Both the position numbers and the translations under genes were made by a program. Of a stretch of DNA of 64,000 nucleotides, positions 62,196 to 64,000 are shown in pieces. The notes under the pieces were generated by a model. It was given only the letters and a program-made list of their open reading frames with translations. It made no database searches and had not been told where the DNA came from. The stretch comes from Nitrosopumilus sp. (GTDB taxonomy: Archaea; Thermoproteota; Nitrososphaeria; Nitrososphaerales; Nitrosopumilaceae). The stretch spans positions 1,600,001 through 1,664,000 of the forward strand of contig OZ241857.1 of assembly GCA_965203315.1 (NCBI GenBank), read 5' to 3'. Position 1 is the first letter of the stretch. Each line of letters starts with the position of its first letter.

Positions 62196-62941
62196 TGCAG
62201 CCGATCCCACGTATATCTACTCGTGGATACTATGATCTACGGTCGGGAAGAACTCTCAAGAGAAACGACTATTATCTATATCCGCGCAATGCATTTGTCA
62301 AACTCTGTGGAGTCAATGAGCTGGTGATAGTGGTTCACGGTCTACGAAACGATCGTGCTGGTGCTGTAGCAAAGGCTACACTCGCAAGACGACGACTACG
62401 TAGACTAGGATATAGATATCCTGTGATAGGCTTTAGTTATGACTCTAACACGACTGGCGCACATCTTGTAAAGCATGCACGTCATGCATTACGTGTAGGC
62501 GAGATGATTGCAAGAAAGAATGGACGCAACCTTGGTAGATTCATCATAGACTATGCGTCAAATAATCCAGATACAAAGATACGTTTGATGGGCCACTCAC
62601 TAGGTTCACTAGTTATTCAAAGTACTATACAATATCTGGCCAAGCATAGTGACACAACCATCGAGAGTGTTCATCTATTTGGCGCATCCATACCTAATGA
62701 CTCGTTTACACGTAACAAAGATGGCCGTCTCGTAGACCGTGTTGTACGGACCAAAGTTATGAACTATTATGCTCCTACAGATGAGGTACTCGAGATGGCA
62801 AGGTCACAACGATACATCGCGATGCCACTAGGACTAGATGGAACTGCTGATAAACCTATAGCAAAGTACAATCAACGAAGACTAGTTCCAGTCAATCATC
62901 GTTTTGCCAGCTATCTACAGGTACTGCGGTCGTTCCCTTGA
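62195..62941 (+). CDS. Alpha/beta hydrolase-fold protein (DUF726/DUF900-like)
   Basis: VVHGL, MGHSLG, HLFGAS, YAPTDEVL. Confidence 0.75.
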   Translation: MQPIPRISTRGYYDLRSGRTLKRNDYYLYPRNAFVKLCGVNELVIVVHGLRNDRAGAVAKATLARRRLRRLGYRYPVIGFSYDSNTTGAHLVKHARHALRVGEMIARKNGRNLGRFIIDYASNNPDTKIRLMGHSLGSLVIQSTIQYLAKHSDTTIESVHLFGASIPNDSFTRNKDGRLVDRVVRTKVMNYYAPTDEVLEMARSQRYIAMPLGLDGTADKPIAKYNQRRLVPVNHRFASYLQVLRSFP

Positions 62942-62990
62942 GATACTGGTACATCGAAACTTGAATAAGACCTCAGTATGTGTATATCTT

Positions 62991-63905
62991 GTGGTACAGT
63001 CGATAAACTTTACAGTATTGGGTAGACCAGACATTGCAGCTGAACTTGGCAAGAAGGGACTTGCAAGCGACATTACATTTTACGATCACAGTGCAGCAGA
63101 TGTGATTCGTACATGGCTAGTCCCAAACGAGTTTCCAAACAAGATACAACCACTCTTTCAAGCAATTGGACTCGCCGAGTATATCATACTGGATGTTGCT
63201 ACACTCGATCGATCTGTGGGTGAAGAGATCATCGCTCTTGATATGTTGTCCAAAGATCGTGGAATGCTCTTGCATACATTTGATGTTGACGAGTCTAGAC
63301 TAGATAGTCTAGTTCGAGATACCATAGTCGACAGATATACTCGAGTGGATCACAAAGACGTACGTCAAGCGATCAATAAATTCGAGCCAGTCACTGTACC
63401 CGGCAGTGCAGAGATTGTAATTGATCATGCACTTGATGTAAAAGGTGTTGGAACAGTGATCTTGGGCAAAGTCGTATCAGGTACTGTTCACCAATATGAT
63501 ACTCTGAGACTATATCCTAAAGATGTAGACGTGCTGGTCAAATCAATTCAGATGCATGATGCTCCTGTCACTGAATCTACCTCTCCCGCGCGAGTTGGTC
63601 TCGCAGTCAAAGGAGTCAGTTCCGATGATATCAGACGTGGCGATATCCTCTCTGCCACAAACCATGATATCTATTCAGAGGTGCATCTAGATTTCGAGCA
63701 GAGTCGATTCTACAAAGGTACACTATCGGTCAATCAAGGATATCTCTTGAGTGTTGATCTTCAGATACGTGCTGCAAAGATCACATCCGTATCCCCACTG
63801 CATCTAGTACTAGACAAGCCGATTGTATCTCGACCAAATCAAACAGCTGTTGTACTAAAACCAGAGTCTCAGACACGCCTAGTTGGACACGGGCGAGTAT
63901 GTTGA
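62991..63905 (+). CDS. SelB/EF-Tu domain II-containing protein lacking an intact GTPase domain
   Basis: IDHALDVKGVGTVILG, VKSIQMHD, RVGLAVKG, IRRGDIL; no P-loop. Confidence 0.82.
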   Translation: MVQSINFTVLGRPDIAAELGKKGLASDITFYDHSAADVIRTWLVPNEFPNKIQPLFQAIGLAEYIILDVATLDRSVGEEIIALDMLSKDRGMLLHTFDVDESRLDSLVRDTIVDRYTRVDHKDVRQAINKFEPVTVPGSAEIVIDHALDVKGVGTVILGKVVSGTVHQYDTLRLYPKDVDVLVKSIQMHDAPVTESTSPARVGLAVKGVSSDDIRRGDILSATNHDIYSEVHLDFEQSRFYKGTLSVNQGYLLSVDLQIRAAKITSVSPLHLVLDKPIVSRPNQTAVVLKPESQTRLVGHGRVC

Positions 63906-64000
63906 TATTACATCGTATTGTATATCACAACTATGGATAGTTATTACAACTATGTGATATATCCGACTAGGAGATTTACAAATTGATAAATGAATCAAGA

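Noticed and set aside
62991-63905. Possible selenocysteine machinery
   Set aside because: The SelB-like protein lacks GTPase motifs, and there is no other Sec component or in-frame UGA evidence in the window.

Overview
This window looks like ammonia-oxidising archaeal (Nitrosopumilaceae-type) chromosome. It carries core genes (ppdK, tpiA, polB, Hef/XPF, the exosome operon, two TFBs, birA, cysS, nadE, ahcY, metG) and a complete PHA cluster. Long intergenic gaps, three intact IS elements, several MITEs and decayed IS remnants suggest a host-associated lineage (inference). Three things stand out. (1) At about 43.5-52.2 kb there is a candidate B12-photoreceptor regulon: a CarH-type cobalamin sensor (Wx9EH and ExHxxG motifs) with an N-terminal beta-strand domain in place of the MerR HTH. 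A repeated TAGTGCCAA/TTGGCACTA box sits upstream of the sensor, a TFB paralogue, a desaturase-like oxidoreductase, and SRPBCC, YbjT-like and DUF1722 genes. (2) A 2.9-kb cassette bounded by two copies of a 141-bp MITE, with a shared outer AGT duplication, carries a TIR-domain gene. (3) A gene of about 718 aa with a nuclease-like motif is split in frame by an IS whose terminal repeat supplies a new ATG. No rRNA, convincing tRNA or CRISPR array was seen. Family assignments come from motif recognition only; no database searches were run.
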